Assembly: GCA_039096225.1 (NCBI GenBank)
Contig: JBBPEB010000024.1
Coordinates: 434,001 to 498,000, forward strand
Direction of reading: 5' to 3'
Length of the DNA: 64,000 nt
DNA from: Blastocystis sp. Blastoise
Lineage: Eukaryota; Protista; Bigyra: Opalinata
Within the stretch, counting starts at the first letter, position 1; the number at the start of each line of letters is the position of its first letter. The translations under genes and the position numbers were made by a program. Positions 15,740-32,678 of the stretch are shown here, in pieces. The notes under the pieces were generated by a model that saw only the letters and a program-made list of their open reading frames with translations, did not search any database and was not told where the DNA came from.

Positions 15740-16849
15740 CAAATAATAATAATAATAATATAATATATAATAATAATAATAATATTAATAATAATTTCTA
15801 TCTATATACCGTTTAATCTTTAACAGGACTTAACTAACAATTTGATGTATGAATAGACAACAAAACCTATCATTCTATATAATATAAATTATAATTAATA
15901 TAAATTGTATACAATTTAAAATAAGCCAATATTAAAAACATATTTATATTTAGTAATTGAAAAAAAAAGTAATGAATAGAAAAACAAATAATACATTTAT
16001 ATACTTTTTATAGCATGGCAAGTTGTTTCTTGAAAGCGTTGGAATAAGAACAAGGAAATAATCTTGTTAAACAAAAGTAGCAGCAACTCTGTTGATTGAA
16101 TTTTTGAGGTTGACCAAGGAGACAGTCTGATAGGAAGAGGGACTACAGAATGGAAAACCTAAAAGAATTATGAAAATAAATATAAAATATTTAATAAATA
16201 AATACTGACACAATACATTCTTGTCTTCTAAACATACATAAACACTGTGAGAAGCTCTAATTCCTCTTAGAGACAATAAAATAAAAATAATTATAAATTC
16301 ACTAATAAATTCAAATGTTCAAGTGAAATACAAAATTTTTCATGAAAATACCTTTCTTTAATTTTTTTAATTTTTTATGACTCGCTATCATATTTATAAG
16401 TTATGACACGTTTCACACTACACCATCTATACAATACTACTGCATCCCACACTTTTAACCTTTAAAAAATAACTCATTTTTGTTGACTCTCTGATCTGTT
16501 GACTAACTCGTCCAAAAACTATTAATTATAACTTAAAACGTCCATTCGTTGATGAATTAACTCTAAAAATGACTTAAAAAAAGACTTTTAGTTGATTCTG
16601 AAAAAAAACTCTTTATTTATAAGCTTTGACATACTTTTTGTATGCGGAACTTTGAGTCATAATAGAATTTAATGAAAAACCTTTTTTAAAACACTTGTGT
16701 CCTCTTATATAAAATAAAATATAAATAGACTCAGTTTTGAACAAGAAAATTATTCCCGTAAATATTTTAAAAATTGAAAACTCTGGTCTGATTGCCCATG
16801 GAACAAATAGGCTCGGCTCAATTTTTCACTGTAAAAAAAATATAAATTT

Positions 16850-17244
16850 TTGACTATTTGGCTGAATTTTGGTTTTGACCCATAGAGGTCTTTTTATTCA
16901 CTTTTACACATACTTGTGACTTTCAGAGGGTCTAAACTTTAAACAGAGCAACAAGAGGTTTTAAAATATTGACCCCATTATTTGTCGGAATTACGACTTA
17001 AAACAAAAGAAAAGCGTTTTTGATATTGTGCGACCCTCTGTAAACAAAAATTAATATCAATTCTTTGTTAAAATATGTCAAATAGGGTCTTTGAGTCTAA
17101 ATCAAAAGTCGACTTAAAAATTTTGTGAAAATTTTCATTTTTTTGCCTAAGTCTTTTTTTTGTTGAATTCTCATTGGCTGAATGAGTCTTGAACGAAAAT
17201 CAGCCAATCAAAAACTTTCAAAAACTCAAAAGTGCCTACCAGTG
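16850..17244. repeat. Subterminal repeat region of the CACTA right end
   Basis: Recurrent GACCC/GGGTC motif near 16877, 16928, 16971, 17032 and 17085. Inverted 9-mers CAGAGGGTC (16924-32)/GACCCTCTG (17032-40) and ATTGGCTGA (17173-81)/TCAGCCAAT (17200-08). Confidence 0.55.
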
Positions 17245-20200
17245 TTGCTTATATTAATAATAAAGAAATTTACAGATATAATCTTCCTGATACTGTAGAT
17301 CATACTACTGCTGCTTCTGCTGCTTTTGATAATACTGTTTCTGTCATGAATAGTGGTTCTATTAATGAATATTTAATTGAAGGTATTAATATTATTGGTG
17401 TTGAAGTTCATAGATATGGTGAAACTCATGAAACTAATTTTGATGCTAGTTTATTATTATATTCTGCAACTACTAAACGTATGAATAATGCTGCTGTTAG
17501 TTCTGTTTATCAAGGTTATGATAGTGATGCTTGGCATGAAACTTATGAATATGCTTTTGATGGTAAGAGTTCAACTAAGTATAGTTCTAATAATTGTGGT
17601 ACAGATAATGCTTTTACTTATACTTATGATAATGGTGCTAGACAATATCTTAGTAGATTTGTTTATTACAGAGCTAATATGGGAAATCGTATTCCTACTG
17701 TTTTCAGATTAACTGCTTCTAATGATAATGGTGCTCATTGGGATGAACTTTATTATTCTAAGAGTGTTGTTTTATCTGATACTGCAAATACTGCTACTAC
17801 TTTTGATTTCTATAATGTCAAATCTTATAATATTTATAAGTTTAATTTTTATATAGAATCTGGATGTACTGAAGGTGTTGAGTGTTCTGAATTAGAATAT
17901 TATACTACTTCTATGAGTGTTGCCTCTGCTTGTTCACCTACTGATGAATATAGAGGTGCTATGTCTGGTGAAATTATTGAAGGTGCTGCTTGTACTACTG
18001 GTTATACTGGTACTACTACTGTCAGTTGTAGTAATAATGTTTTTGTTGGTGATACTACTAGTTGTGTATTAGTTGCTCCTACTTCAATTGCTTATGAACA
18101 AGCTTCTTTTATTAATGTTATTTATAAGTCTGTTGATATTACTCCTTCTTCTGTTATTGGTGCTGATCTTATTTGGACTATTACACCTACTCTTCCTACT
18201 GGTATAACTTTTGATGCTACTACTGGTAAGATATCTGGTATTACATATGCTATTAGTGAATCTACTGCTTATACTGTTACTGCTACTAATAGTGAAGGTT
18301 CTGTTCAAACTACTATTTCTTTATCTTTTATTGATAATACTTGTGCTCAAGATAGTGAATGGCCTGTTACTAATATTGGTGAATCTGCTAGATTAGATTG
18401 TCCTGATGCTTCTAATTATGAAGGTGAACGTACTCGTGGTTGTACTTTACAAGGTTGGACTGTTGTCAGTAATACTTGTGCTCCTATTCCTATTTCTATT
18501 GTTTATACTCCTTCTAGTATTTCTGCTCATCTTGGTGGTTCTATTAATGCTACTCCTGCTCTTAAGGGTTATCATATTACATCTCTTACTATTAGTCCTC
18601 TTCTTCCTGTTGGTTGTACTTTTGATGCTACTACTGGTACTATTAGTGGTTCTTATGCTACTTTATATAATGCTGTTCATACTGTTACTGCTACTAATCA
18701 ATTTGAATCTAAGAGTACAACTGTTACTATTATTTTTGATAATACTATTTGCCAATCTGATTCTGAATGGCCTGCTACTAATGCTGGTCAAACTGCTGTT
18801 AAAGAATGTCCTGATGTAATTAGTTATGATGGTCAAATTACTCGTGTTTGTAATAGTAATGCTCAATGGGAAACTGCTCAAAATTCTTGTACTCTTAAAC
18901 TTCCTACAATTACTTATACTACAAGTGTTCTTTCTGGTTATGTTAATTTTGATATTGTACCTATTAGTGCTACTATTATTGGTCTTCAAATATCTTCTAT
19001 TATTGTTTCTCCTGCTCTTCCTACTGGTTTAACTCTTGATACTACTACTGGTGCTATTTCTGGTAAGGCTACTATTGCTGATACTCAAGTTCATACTATT
19101 TCTATTACTAATCCTATTGGTACTTCTTCTTTTGCTCTTACTCTTAATATTGTTACAGTATATTGTGCTGCTGGTAATAACTGGCCTCAAACTGAAGCTG
19201 GTCAAACTGCTACTATTGGTTGTGCTGAAGGTTATAATGGTTCTCAAACTAGATTATGTAAGATGAATGCTAATGGTATTTGGGATACTGTTAATAATCA
19301 ATGTGCTGTTATTGCTCCTACTATTAGTTATTCAACTAATACTATTAATGCTGTTAAGAAGGTAGCTATTACTACTATTACTCCTACTATTACTGGTCTT
19401 GAACTTGAACCTCTTACTATTTCTCCTAGTCTTCCAGCTGGTTTAGATTTCAATACTATTACTGGTACTATTTCTGGTACTCCTACTGAAGGAAAAGATG
19501 CTACTCAATATACTATTTCTGCTACTAATCCTACTGCTACTGCTACTGCTACTATTACTATTACTGTTGTTGTATTAAAATGTAATGCTGAAAATGGTTG
19601 GTCTGAAACTGAAGCTGGTGAAACTGCTACTAAATATTGTGATCAATATTATACTGGTACTATTACTCGTTTATGTAATTTAGGTGCTACACCTTCATGG
19701 GCTGCTGAAGTGAATACTTGTGTTATGAATGCTCCTACTGTAGTTTATCCTTCTAATACTATTGTTGGTTATAAAAACATTTATTCTTCTATTCCTGCTA
19801 CTGTTACTGGTGCTGAATTAACTTTTACTATTTATCCTGCTCTTCCTAATGGTCTTATATTAAATCCTTCTAATGGTATGATTTCTGGTACACCTACTAC
19901 TAATTCTGCTCTTACTACTTATACTATCACTGCTACGAATACTGCTGGTTCTATTACTACTACTATTTTAATTTACATCGATTTATTATTTTGTACTTCT
20001 GAATATAATTGGCCTCTTACAGAAATTGGTCAACAATATGATTTACCATGTGAAGATCCTATTAATTATGAAGGTTCAAGAACAAGATTATGTAAACTTG
20101 GTTATCCTGCTATTTGGGATACTATTATTAATAATTGTGAATTAAGAATGCCAAGTATAATATATACAGTACCTACAACTATTGGATATAAAAATGTTCC

Positions 20201-23200
20201 TATTACACCTATTACTGCTCTTATAACTGGAAGTAATCTTAATCCTTTAACTATATCTCCTTCTCTTCCTAATGGTTTATTCTTTAATTCTATTACTGGA
20301 TTAATATATGGTACACCTACTACTACTACTTCTTCTTCTTCTGTATTATATACTATTACGATTTCTAATCCTAGAGGTGAATCTACTGCTACTATTACTA
20401 TTACTATAAAAGATAGTAGTTGTCCTATTGATGATATTTGGCCTATTACAGAAGCTGGAGAACAAGCTATTTTAGATTGTGAAGATACTATTAATTATGA
20501 AGGATTTAGAACAAGATTATGTATAAGAGGAGATCCTGCTGTTTGGGGAGATATTATTAATAATTGTCAACTTTTATTACCTACTATCTCATATGCTACT
20601 ACTAATATAATAGGTAATAAAAATAATGCTATTACTCCTGTGGCTGCTTCTATTACAGGAGGTAATCTTAATCCTTTAACTATATCTCCTTCTCTTCCTG
20701 ATGGATTAATATTTAATACTGAAAATGGTCAAATATATGGTATTCCTACTTCTGATTCTTCTAATAGTTATACTATAACAATTTCTAATCCTACAGGTCA
20801 ATCTACTGTGACTATTACTATTACTATAAGTGCTTCTAATTGTATTTCTGATGATATTTGGCCTGCTACAGAAGCTGGTCAACAAATTACTTTACCTTGT
20901 GAAGATACTATGAATTATGAAGGATTTAGAACAAGATTATGTAAACTTGAATATCCTGCTGTTTGGGGAGATATTATTAATAATTGTCAACTAAAAATGC
21001 CTTCAATTATATATGATATAACTACTATTACTGGATATAAGAATATTGCTATTAATTCTGTTAATGCTACTATTACAGGTGGTAATTTGAATTCTATTAC
21101 TATTAATCCTTCTCTTCCTGATGGATTAATATTTAATACTGAAAATGGTCAAATATATGGTACACCTACTTCTTCTTCTTCTGGTTCTTATGTGATCACT
21201 GTATCAAATCCAAGAGGAGAAGATAATGCTGTTATTAATATTATTATTAATATTTATAATTGTATAATGGATGATATATGGCCTGTTACAGAAGCTGGAG
21301 AACAAGTTACTTTACCATGTGAAGATACTATTAATTATGAAGGATTTAGAACAAGATTATGTTTATTAGGAAATCCTGCTGTTTGGGAAGATGCTGTTAA
21401 TAATTGTCAACTAAAGAATCCTTCAATTTCTTATATAACTACTACTATTACTGGATATAAAAATATTGGTATTACTCCAATTATAGCTTCTATTACAGGA
21501 GGTAATTTGAATCCTTTAACTATTAATCCTTCTCTTCCTGATGGATTATCTTTTAATAATCAAAATGGTCAAATATATGGTACACCTACTTCTGATTCTT
21601 CTAATAGTTATACTATTAGTATATCTAATTCAAGAGGAGAATCAACTGCTACTATTACTATTATTATTAGTATTGCTAATTGTCCTGATGATACTGTTTG
21701 GTCTGCTACAGAAATTGGTCAACAAATTACTTTACCATGTGAAGATCCTATTAATTATGAAGGATTTAGAACAAGATTATGTAAACTTGAATATCCTGCT
21801 GTTTGGGATACTGTTATTAATAATTGTCAATTAAAGATGCCTTCAATTTCTTATCATACTAATGAAATTATTGGATATAAAAATATTGCTATTACTCCTA
21901 TTATGGCTTCTCTTACAGGTGGTAATCTTAATCCTTTAACTATATCTCCTTCTCTTCCTGATGGATTATCATTTAATCCTACTACTGGATTAATTTATGG
22001 TATTCCTACTTCTGATTCTTCTAATACTTATACTGTAACTATTTCTAATTCAAGAGGAGAATCTACTACTACTATTACTATTACGATAAGTATTATTTCT
22101 TGTGTTGCTGAAAATGGTTGGTCTATGACTGAAATTGGTCAACAAATTACTTTACCATGTGAAGATCCTATTAATTATGAAGGATTTAGAACTAGATTAT
22201 GTAAACTTGGTTATCCTGCTGTTTGGGATACTGTTATTAATAATTGTGAATTAAAGAATCCTACCATTTCTTATAATACAAATACTATTATTGGATATAA
22301 GAATGATATTATTACTCCTATTATGGCTTCTATTACAGGTGGTAATCTTAATCCTTTAACTATATCTCCTTCTCTTCCTGATGGATTAATATTTAATACT
22401 CAAAATGGCTTTATATATGGTATTCCTACTTCAGCTTCTTCTAATAGTTATACTATTACTGCTTCTAATGCTAGAGGAGAATCTACTGCTACTATTACTA
22501 TTACGATAAGTATTATTTATTGTCCTTCTGATGATAATTGGCCTATTACAGAAAGAGATATAACTGCTTATATTGAATGTCCTTCTGGTCAATTAGGTAT
22601 TCAAAGTCGTGTTTGTCAAAATACAGGTGTTGGTACTGCTTCTTGGCAAATTGCTGATAGTTCTGATTGTTATATATTTATTACAAATGAGAATCCTGGT
22701 GATAATAAAATATTTATTGATGTTCCTATAAAACTTGAAGGATTAACTGAAGCTGCTTTTAATACTCCTTCTACTACTGAAACATTTAGAACACTTATTG
22801 TTCAATCACTTACTAGTTATTCTATTCCTTCATCTGCTGTAAAGATTATTAGTGTTTCTAGTATATCTACTTATACTGATGGTGTTTCAGTTAATGTAAG
22901 AATAACTGTTAATCAATCGGATGAAGATAATATAAAGAATGATATAAATACTTTATTTACTGGTATTGATTCTATTCTTCTTAATGCATGTAAAATAAGT
23001 AATGATTCTAATCTTCAAAATATTACTAATACTTCAATTAATGGAAAAATAGTATCAACAGGTAATTCTCTTTCAATTACAACAATTATTCTTATTGTTG
23101 TTGTAGTAATTCTTGTTATACTTTTGATATTAATATTTGTTCTAAAAAATATAAAGAAAGAAAAGAAAGAAAAGAAATTACAACCTCATAAAAAAACACC

Positions 23201-23243
23201 TGAAATCGAAACTGTTAAAGTTGAAAAACCTGTTACGTTATAA
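17245..23243 (+). CDS. 3' part of the giant surface protein: jelly-roll + discoidin-like domain, 12 HRM-like Cys modules alternating with 11 putative Ig domains, SEA-like region, one TM helix, Lys-rich tail
   Basis: About 2000 aa, intronless, in frame with the 5' part once the element is removed. Module C-x5-W-P-x-T-x2-G-x6-C-x(4-7)-G-x3-R-x-C-x(4-8)-W-x7-C alternates with 'ISPSLPDGLxFNxxxGxIYGxPT'. TM 'IILIVVVVILVILLILIFVL', then KNIKKEKKEKK. Confidence 0.88.
19990..22520 (+). repeat. Intragenic tandem repeat, 420-bp (140-aa) period
   Basis: GAAGGATTTAGAAC(A/T)AGATTAT recurs at exactly 420-bp spacing (about 20499, 20919, 21339, 21759, 22179). Confidence 0.9.
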
Positions 23244-23853
23244 TGCTTTTGTTTATAATTTCATATATATATATATATTATTATTTTTTTATTTTATTTT
23301 AATAATTATTCATGATTAATATTATGATAATATTCTATTAGTTTTGTTATATAATAATCATATTAAACATTGATTAAAATATATATTTTTTACTTGTTTA
23401 CTAATATATTATTAATCATATTTCTTATATATATATCAATATATTTTTCAAATATTGTTTCGTTTAAAATGATATTTTTATAAATTGCTTTCCAAAATGA
23501 AACTTTATTACAAAGCTACAATTGTTATAAAAGAATATGAAACTTTTGTTAATTTTTGATAGTTAAAATTTTATTATTATATAAAGTGACATAGAGTAGT
23601 TTCTTATGATAATAACATAATGTTGGGAAAACATTAATTCTCTGTTATGATTAAAAGTATTATGTAATAATTATGTTGATAATATTTTAATATTATAAGC
23701 ATATTTAAACAATAAATTTACAAAACTATTTTTAAACCTGTTAAAAAATGATAATATATATAATGAAAAAAACTTATTAAAAACATGAAAATATATATAT
23801 ATATATATATATAAAGAAAGAAAATAAGAGAAATAATAATGTATTATTATATT

Positions 23854-25340
23854 TTAAGCTCTTCCCCAGACTTCATAATCTTCAACTGTAAAAATATTTT
23901 TAGAATTAGTATTACTAGTATTCACAAATAATGATGAGTATTGATGAGTATTGACTTCAGAATAGCAAGATGCTTTACAATAAGAATTCGTATTACTATG
24001 ACATTGATTAGATATATAGATATCATAGCCCATTCCAAATGTTGGACCATAAGAAGAATAACAATATATAGCTTTATTATTAGTTTTATAATTATAATCA
24101 TATTGAGTAGGAGGAATGCCATGTTCATTACTTAAAGTAAAGAGAAATTCTTTAGAATAAGGTTTCCAATCTGAACCAGCCCAACTTTGATCTGTATATC
24201 CTCCAAATATATTAATATGATTGTTTTTACCTAAATGTTTAATAATAGTTACTGTTTCTCCTTGATTATCACAATATTTATGAAATTCACTTGCTTTATA
24301 ATCATGCTCACTTGCTCTAAATAATAATTTCCATTTCTTTTCTTTACCAAGCCAATTCATTAAAGGTATTTCCATGGATTTATTAGTAAGTATACGTGTA
24401 TAGGGGAAATATGAATAAGGGATTATACATTCATCCACTATATTTATTACTTTATCACCAAATAATCTACACATTTCATTTTCTAATAATTGTTTATTCA
24501 TATTGTTCATTTCTTCTTCTGAAATATAAATACAATTATATTGAATATAATCATGAATTTGATTAATATATTGATAATCTTTCTTCATAAACATTTCGTT
24601 TTTCTTTTCATCATAATCTACAGATCCATTATTATATCTATTAATAATCTTATTCCATAATCCATTCTCCTTCCAATAATCTCTTAATGTATCATCTTTC
24701 TTATCATTTATATAAAGAATAACAGCATCATCTTCTTTATATAGTTTCAAATTATGATCTCTTCTATAATAAGTTTTCGTTAATTCTTCAGGAATAGGTA
24801 AACAACAATATTCAAATAAATTTAATAAACTAAATTGATCATTTAAGTCTAATATATCTATATTAATTTTCTTATTCATTAAAGAATCAATTAATAAAGG
24901 AGCAACTGTATCATCTCCACGATAATCTAAAAACATATCACCATCAACAGTTCTTTGATTTTCTTGAGAATATTCATAGAGAAGACTACCTATTAAACTA
25001 TTCGTTATTCTTTTAGGAAGAGAATAAGCCAGACCACTACTTGTGAATCGAATATAATCAATCCCATTATCATTATTATTCATAGTAGTATCACATTCAT
25101 GAATATATGAAGATCCTTGGATAATTATACTTGGATCATCACCATTCTTATCATCCATTCCTTCACAATTTCTTACGGATTGCTTTACTAATTCATTTAT
25201 AGATTCACCTGAATGAATACAAAAATTTATTGACTTCTTAAAATACCAATCAAATCACCAATCAGTCTTTCAAAATGAATTACATCCTTCTGAATATCAA
25301 CCATCTTATCATCATCAAATCCTGCCTTCTCTTCCACCAT
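23854..25340 (-). CDS. BTB-like + TLDc domain protein, intronless, with one frameshift near the 5' end
   Basis: TLDc motifs 'WKLLFRASEH...FHKYCDNQGETVTII...IFGGYT...FLFTL...GPTFG.G.DI.I...VEDYEVW'. The upstream region from ATG 25340 (MVEEKAG...) matches the paralog's N-terminus but needs one extra base at the A4 run 25240-25243. Confidence 0.85.
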
Positions 25341-26878
25341 TCTAAACAATAAAAGGAATAAAATAAGCAAAAATAGTTTAAATTGCAAAAAATCTTGATT
25401 ATTTCGATGAAATTATTCATTTCTTTATTATTCGCTTATTATTCACATTTAATTGTCACTATTATTTCAGATGCTTACTAACGAACATTATTTATAAATA
25501 TATTATATAAATTTCCTAAAATAAATTATTTATTGTGGATCTTCATTTTTATTGATTACTTTAAATAGTTTATTTGATGTTTATTTTAAATATAGAAGGT
25601 TTGTAAGTATAATATAGTTCTTATTTTTGTTATATCACATACTTTTCTTAAATTTTGATTTATAATCTTCTTATTTTAGTCTAAATACATATTCATTTTT
25701 ATTTTCACGATATTTATAAATTCATATTTGATAATTATCGCTTCTATTGAATATAATTATTATGTTTTTTCTTGTAATTATTCCTTTTTTTATACTATAT
25801 TTAATAAATTATTTAGCATTATATATATTATATTTACTACATATATCTCTATTCATCAAAAAGAATATTTTATATAGTCTCTTAATACAAAAAATTCTCT
25901 TTTCTCTTTTCTATTTCCTTCTTAATCTTCCTCTTTTATCTCACATTATATTATTCTTTATATTTTAAAAAATAATTTATAAAACTATTTTCTACTAATT
26001 ATTAATCATGATTGTTTATAATATATTATCTATGAATAACAGCTGCTTTTTATTATGTATATTAAGATATATTATTATTATCAATATATTTTATTTATAT
26101 GTCATTAATATAATAATAAATATTATATATACAAGAATAATTTAAATTATTACATGCATTTTATAATTCTCAATGAAGAATTAATATTATTATAAAATTA
26201 TTTATTTTGAAATAATATTAAAAGAATAAAATCACAAGTGTTTTATATAAATGTTTGTTATCACCATTTATAATTCATTTAATAAACTATTTTCACTTCT
26301 TATTCTATTTTATTATATATAAAAATAGCTCTATTACATATTATAAATGTATAAACTATATGTTTAAAAGTTTATAAAACTGTATATTTACTTATTTTCT
26401 TTGACACTTGTTATTAAACTGTAAAAAAACTTTTTATATAATGAAACTATAGAATAATAATTCTTATTCATTCATTCAATATGTTAAAAAAAGTATATAT
26501 CAAAAAAGTTATTATTTTTCTTTCATTTTATATAAGAATTATATGCAATAAAAACAACTATATTTCTCCATATTCAAGATATCATTGTCATAATAATATT
26601 ATTATAGAAACATTTATTGTTTTATTTTTAGCTGAATGATTAAAAGATAATATAATAATAAATGTATAATAACACAAATAATATTATATATATATGTTTT
26701 GTATAATTGTTACTATCATTTATGTTATACTTAGACGTTTATTTAAAAAAAACAAAACCAAATAATTCTATTTATATATGTAATTAATAAATATGTTAAT
26801 AAATAAAATAGATGAAAAATAATTAAACATAACAATATAAAGAACAAAAGATAATATATACAAAAGAATTCAATTACT

Positions 26879-30892
<4,014 letters not shown>

Positions 30893-31128
30893 CACTTGAA
30901 TTCAACTATAATGACAATGTAATCCGATATTAATATATTTTAAAAAGTATTTTCTTATATATACAATAAATAAATGCTTTAGAAATGGCTATACTCTATT
31001 ATAAACATAATAAATAGTGGATAAAAGAGTAAACAAAACTTGCAAATTTTTAAGAAGAATCTTCATGAAAATAAATAAAAAATGATTAGAGAATTACTAA
31101 AAGACCGCGAATATATTTTGTAAGTTTT

Positions 31129-32642
31129 TAGTGTTGGTAGAATTTCATAATTACACTTGAAACAAAATGAAATTCTTTGAAAATTTCTGCTTGATTACAT
31201 TTTTATTTTTTTAAAGATAAAAGTACCTAGCCTTAACATAAATTAAAATAATTATTAGTCATGCTTTTTCGAAATAGTATTGAAGTTATTAGTCACAAAT
31301 ACAACAGTCAACAAATCATTATAAGAAAATGTACCTCTAAAATAAATCATATAAAACATATATCACTTTTATGGTATAATATATACATTTATTACATAAA
31401 TAATGAAAAATAAAATAAAATAAAATAAGAATTGGGAGAATATTTATATGGAAAGTTAAGAGTATTATTAAATATTGTCTATTCGGGATTAAAAAGCTCA
31501 TCAATATCGATATTATCACTGTTCATGAATGAAGACTCAGAAGAATCAACATATGGAAGATTACATCTTATGAATAATATTTTTGCAGTTTTACTGAAAC
31601 TTAAACGGTTTCTAAGCTTAGTTTGAACAAGAAGTAACTGTGACCATACTCTCTCGGAAAAACCACTCGACGAAGGAGCATCATCAAGTAGCAATGCTAG
31701 AGAAGACAAGCTCTTCTCAAAGAAATTTACAGTCTGCCAGTACATCTTATTGTTATTATAATTTAGGCAGTTGATAATTTGATTTTGTATGAAAACTCCA
31801 TCATTATGTGCATAATTAAGAAATGATGAATACAACTCTCTATTATCTGATTCTTGTAAATATTCCATTATAGCTTGCACATCATCTGGATTATTTATTA
31901 TTTCATTTTTATGTTGAATATTAAGGTAATATGCCAATATGTACAATTGGTGAGTATAAAAGTATTTTCTTTTGGATAAACACCTATCAAATATTTCCTT
32001 ATACATAGATTCATTACTAACATGTATAAACTGTTTATAATAAAAGTAGACATCTGAAATTGAAGATCCATTAGCTTCAAGCTTTTCAACAGAATTTTTA
32101 CATATAACTAGAATATCAAATATAGAAACACAAGACTTCCAAAATGAATTATCGTTTAGACTAATAATAAAATCTTTATTTTTTTCTTCTTTATGTTTGG
32201 ATCCATAATTTTGCAATTGATCTTTATGATCAAGTAGCCATTTTAATGAAGAGTACTCTGACCACCATCTGGTCGGGCAATACAATTTAGGAGTATTATC
32301 ACAATAGTTATGACCAGCTTCAATACATAATTCAACTCTATCAGCAACATGATATTTAAAATATATAGAAATAGCATTAACTTTATTAACTATATTCATT
32401 GGGGAATAATAGTGTCTAGGAAAGTCTTCAGAACTAATAAAGTCACCTAGTAACAGCTCTCCCATATGTGAAGCACATCCAAAAAAATACAATTCGTTAA
32501 TATTATTACAGAAAGAATCATGACAAGAAACTAATGGCAGTATATTTTCATTAGACATATCATCAGTTTTGGTGTCTACATATATATAAATAATTTAACT
32601 AATAACGATATGTATAAATAAATTAATATAAATAATGAAAGC

Positions 32643-32678
<36 letters not shown>

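Larger units (their letters stand above)
3100..17244. mobile_element. CACTA/EnSpm (CMC)-type DNA transposon, 14,145 bp
   Basis: Left end CACTGGTAGGCATTTTT; reverse complement of right end CACTGGTAGGCACTTTT (12/12, then 16/17). 3-bp TSD TTG at 3097-3099 and 17245-17247. Removing the element and one TSD restores host frame ...AGCIAYINNKEIYRYNL. It encodes an EnSpm-type transposase. Confidence 0.95.

Noticed and set aside
3105-17242. CACTA element removable as a giant intron (G|GTAGG just inside the left TIR, CAG| in the right TIR)
   Set aside because: That splice leaves 10 extra nt and reads TGT TGC TTA TAT TAA. The other nearby AGs I tried are out of frame or hit a stop.
17488-21834. Many Leu/Ile-rich short ORFs overlapping the surface gene (also at 250-3000)
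   Set aside because: They are shadow frames produced by the strong NNT codon bias.
19990-22520. CRISPR-like or non-coding repeat array
   Set aside because: The repeats are in-frame 140-aa protein modules in a eukaryotic gene, with no repeat-spacer structure.
23240-23260. Blastocystis-type stop codons created by polyadenylation
   Set aside because: All gene models here end in genome-encoded stops, and I saw no convincing TGTTTGTT motif at the expected distance.
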